NCBI GenBank assembly: GCA_036336835.1
Contig: JAYZFK010000030.1
Span: forward strand, 1 to 20,324
Direction of reading: 5' to 3'
DNA: 20,324 bases
From: Myxococcota bacterium
Lineage (GTDB): Bacteria; Myxococcota_A; UBA9160; UBA4427
The notes below the pieces were generated by a model that did no database searches, was not told the origin of the DNA, and saw only the letters and a list, made by a program, of their open reading frames with translations. A program made the translations under genes and the position numbers. The first letter of the stretch is position 1. Every line of letters begins with the position of its first letter. Below are positions 18,021 to 20,324 of this stretch, piece by piece.

Positions 18021-18138
18021 GACGCTGCCCTGGGTCGTGACCGCCCCCGGCACGCCCCCGTTCGAGCGACAGCCGATTGCGCAGGAGAGACGCGCGCCCG
18101 TGCGAGCCTGGAGGGAGCGTCCTCGCTAGCGTTGGAGC

Positions 18139-18858
18139 GTGCGGCCCGACGTTCACCTCGAGCCTGGCTGTCCGTGGTGGGGCCTCAGCGAGCTGCGGCT
18201 ACCCAACGTCGACTGGTGCGAGATGCAGCGCTGCTCGTGGGTGGTCGAGCCGGCCAACACCTGGTCGAACCTGGCCTACGGACTGGTCGGGATCGCGCTG
18301 TATCTGGCAGCCCGCCGGTCGGCTTCGCCCCACCTGCGTTTCTTCGCGCCTGCCGCTGTGCTGGTTGGACTGGCCTCTGGGATCTACCACGCGTCCTACA
18401 CCTTCGTGCTCCAGATCCTCGACTTCGCGGGGATGTACGTCTTCTGCGCGCTACTGCTCACCCTGAACCTGCGGCGCGCGGGAGTGCTAGGCGCGCACGA
18501 TTGGCGCAAGCGCTTCTGGCAGGGCGTCGTCGCGGCGACGGTCGTCACCGTGGCCGTCGACTTCACGGGAGTTCCGATCCAGTCGCTGGTCTTCCTGCTG
18601 ATCCTGGCGATCGTCGGCAGCGAACTGCGGCTCGCCAGACGCGCGCCCGGCACGACATTGCACTTCCTGGCCGTCGCGGTCGCCCTGATCGGCGCCGGTG
18701 CGGTGTTCTCCCTGCTCGACGTGACGCGCACCTGGTGCTTGCCCAGCCACGCCATCCTGCAAGGTCACGCGATCTGGCATGTGCTGTCGGCGCTGAGTCT
18801 GCTCGCCTGCTTCTTCCACTATCGGCAGTTCGAGGACCAGCTCGGCGCGGAGGGCTGA
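18139..18858 (+). CDS. Ceramidase-domain membrane hydrolase (CREST superfamily, alkaline ceramidase-like)
   Basis: About 7 hydrophobic segments, with DWCE, EPANTWSN, SGIYH (SxxxH), QILD and HAIWH (HxxxH). An in-frame TAG at 18127 bounds the start. Confidence 0.85.
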   Translation: MRPDVHLEPGCPWWGLSELRLPNVDWCEMQRCSWVVEPANTWSNLAYGLVGIALYLAARRSASPHLRFFAPAAVLVGLASGIYHASYTFVLQILDFAGMYVFCALLLTLNLRRAGVLGAHDWRKRFWQGVVAATVVTVAVDFTGVPIQSLVFLLILAIVGSELRLARRAPGTTLHFLAVAVALIGAGAVFSLLDVTRTWCLPSHAILQGHAIWHVLSALSLLACFFHYRQFEDQLGAEG

Positions 18859-18900
18859 GAGGGTCGCGTCGATGGGCGCTGCGGAGGGAGAGCGAGGCGC

Positions 18901-20324
18901 CTACTGCGGCCGCTCTCGGCGCGATCGCGCCGCGTCGTCTGGCGAGCCCAGGCGCGGCAGCTCGCGCAGGTGCGCGCGGCCGTCCGCACCGAAGCGCGCC
19001 CGGTAGGCGACGCGGTCCGGGAACAGACGGCGGAGCTCGACATTGCGGGGCCCGAGGTCACGGGCGTACAAGACGTCATTGCGCTCGAGCGGGTACTCGT
19101 TGAGTGGGAACGCGGACTTCCAGCCCCAGCGGTCCGGGTGCACGAAGACGAGCGCGTGGTGGAGCTGGCCGCGTTCGCTCGCCTCGCGCACCGCGCCCGA
19201 GGCCTGGCGATAGTCGTCCGAGTACTCCCGCACCAGTGGTGGTGTCGCGAAGACGAGTGCGTAGACCGGTACCGCCAGGCACGCCGCACGTCCGAAGCGC
19301 GCCGCGCGCCCGCCGGCCTCGATCGCGCGCGCGGCGGGGATTGCGAGGACGGCGAGGGTACCCGGTAGCGCGAGTGTGTAGTGGCGCGCGCCGTAGGCGA
19401 CACCGTGATAGAAGTGGCCGAGGTACACTAGGACGAGCCCGGCGGCCGAAGCGAACAGCGCGCTGGACCACGGGCCGTCTCGGCGCGGGCGCGCGAATGC
19501 GAGCAGCCCGGCGAGCAGCACCAGTGGCAGGCCGTGGAGGTCCTCGAGCCAGACCAGCAGACGGTGGCTCGTCACGCGCGGTGCATCGCTCGGGTAGTAG
19601 CCCGGCCACTCCGGGCCGTGGACGACCGTGCCCATCTCGGCGCCGAAGCCGAAGCCGAACTGCTGTCCGGGGTGCAGGCGCTCGAAGTGGATCTCCTGTG
19701 GAAACACCAGGGCCGACCCGGTGAGCGCGGCGTTGTAGGCGAGGAGGGCGACGATGCCGGTGCTGGCTGCGGCGCCGGTCGCGAGCAGTGCCGGGAGCCT
19801 CGTTCGATCGCGCAGCGCGCCCGCGAGCTGCCACAGGCCGAACGGTGCGGCAGCGGCGGCGGTGTCGAGCGGGCGCATCGTCGCGCCGACGGCCAGCGCG
19901 AGACCACCGAGCACTGCCCAGCCGAGCTGTGGGCCGGACCGTTGGCGGGCCCAGGCGTACAAGAACAGCGCGAACACGAACAGGTTTGCGGTATGCGACA
20001 TGGCAGTCGCGGCGAGGAACACGAACATCGGCGAGCAGGCGAGTCCCAGGGTGCAGAGGCGCGCCGCCGTCTCGCCGAGCTCAGTCCTGCGCAACGCCCC
20101 GTAGAGCAGCAGCAGCGTTGCGGCCGCGAGCAGGGGGTTCATCAGCTGCGGCACGCCGAGCTTCACGGCGGGCGCAAGCAGTGCCGGCCATCCCGGGTTC
20201 ATGATGCCGTGCCACACGCCGCCTGCGCCGCTCAGGTGCACGAAGTTGAAGAACTCCAGGCCGGCGGGCGGCTCGAAGCCCAGACGGCCCTGGGCGAGCG
20301 CGCGAGCCTGGAACTGATAGGCCG
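18901..20324 (-). CDS. Polytopic membrane protein, probable GT-C fold glycosyltransferase (PMT/ArnT-like); 5' end outside the window
   Basis: The frame stays open from 20241 to the edge (AYQFQARALAQGRL...). Motifs PGWPALLA, SPMF.....T.MSH, RP, YN..LTG, GARHY, many TM segments and a soluble C-terminal tail. Confidence 0.75.
   Translation of the reverse strand, partial: AYQFQARALAQGRLGFEPPAGLEFFNFVHLSGAGGVWHGIMNPGWPALLAPAVKLGVPQLMNPLLAAATLLLLYGALRRTELGETAARLCTLGLACSPMFVFLAATAMSHTANLFVFALFLYAWARQRSGPQLGWAVLGGLALAVGATMRPLDTAAAAAPFGLWQLAGALRDRTRLPALLATGAAASTGIVALLAYNAALTGSALVFPQEIHFERLHPGQQFGFGFGAEMGTVVHGPEWPGYYPSDAPRVTSHRLLVWLEDLHGLPLVLLAGLLAFARPRRDGPWSSALFASAAGLVLVYLGHFYHGVAYGARHYTLALPGTLAVLAIPAARAIEAGGRAARFGRAACLAVPVYALVFATPPLVREYSDDYRQASGAVREASERGQLHHALVFVHPDRWGWKSAFPLNEYPLERNDVLYARDLGPRNVELRRLFPDRVAYRARFGADGRAHLRELPRLGSPDDAARSRRERPQ

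Noticed and set aside
18080..18100. GCAGGAGAGAC resembling the start of a glycine riboswitch
   Set aside because: The downstream CCGAAG and CTCTCAGG elements are absent, and the gene context does not fit.
1..20324. CRISPR arrays, tRNA/rRNA, IS elements, prophage or defence genes
   Set aside because: No regularly spaced repeats, RNA-gene signatures or recombinase/nuclease motifs were seen, and all intergenic gaps are under about 160 bp.

Overview
A very GC-rich bacterial chromosomal segment, densely packed with 17 protein-coding genes, two of them truncated by the window edges. No rRNA, tRNA, CRISPR array, integrase or transposase is recognisable. Three kinds of genes are interleaved. (i) Surface-glycan genes: a lipoprotein N-terminus, a class I SAM methyltransferase, an FkbM-family methyltransferase, a hexapeptide acyltransferase, a GT4 glycosyltransferase, a Wzx-like flippase, and a GT-C-like membrane protein at the right edge. 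(ii) Organic-acid/aromatic catabolic genes: single- and double-domain family III CoA-transferases, two aldehyde dehydrogenases, a cyclase-family hydrolase, a MatB-like CoA ligase and a P450. (iii) glnS, an ABM-domain protein and a CREST-family membrane hydrolase. The most notable observations are an alkaline-ceramidase-like protein that keeps the eukaryotic-type DWCE motif, three apparently leaderless genes, a palindromic back-to-back -10 element in a 51-bp divergent gap, and a catabolic block lying between glycan genes. All product calls come from motif recognition by eye, not database searches. I see no clearly novel multi-gene system.
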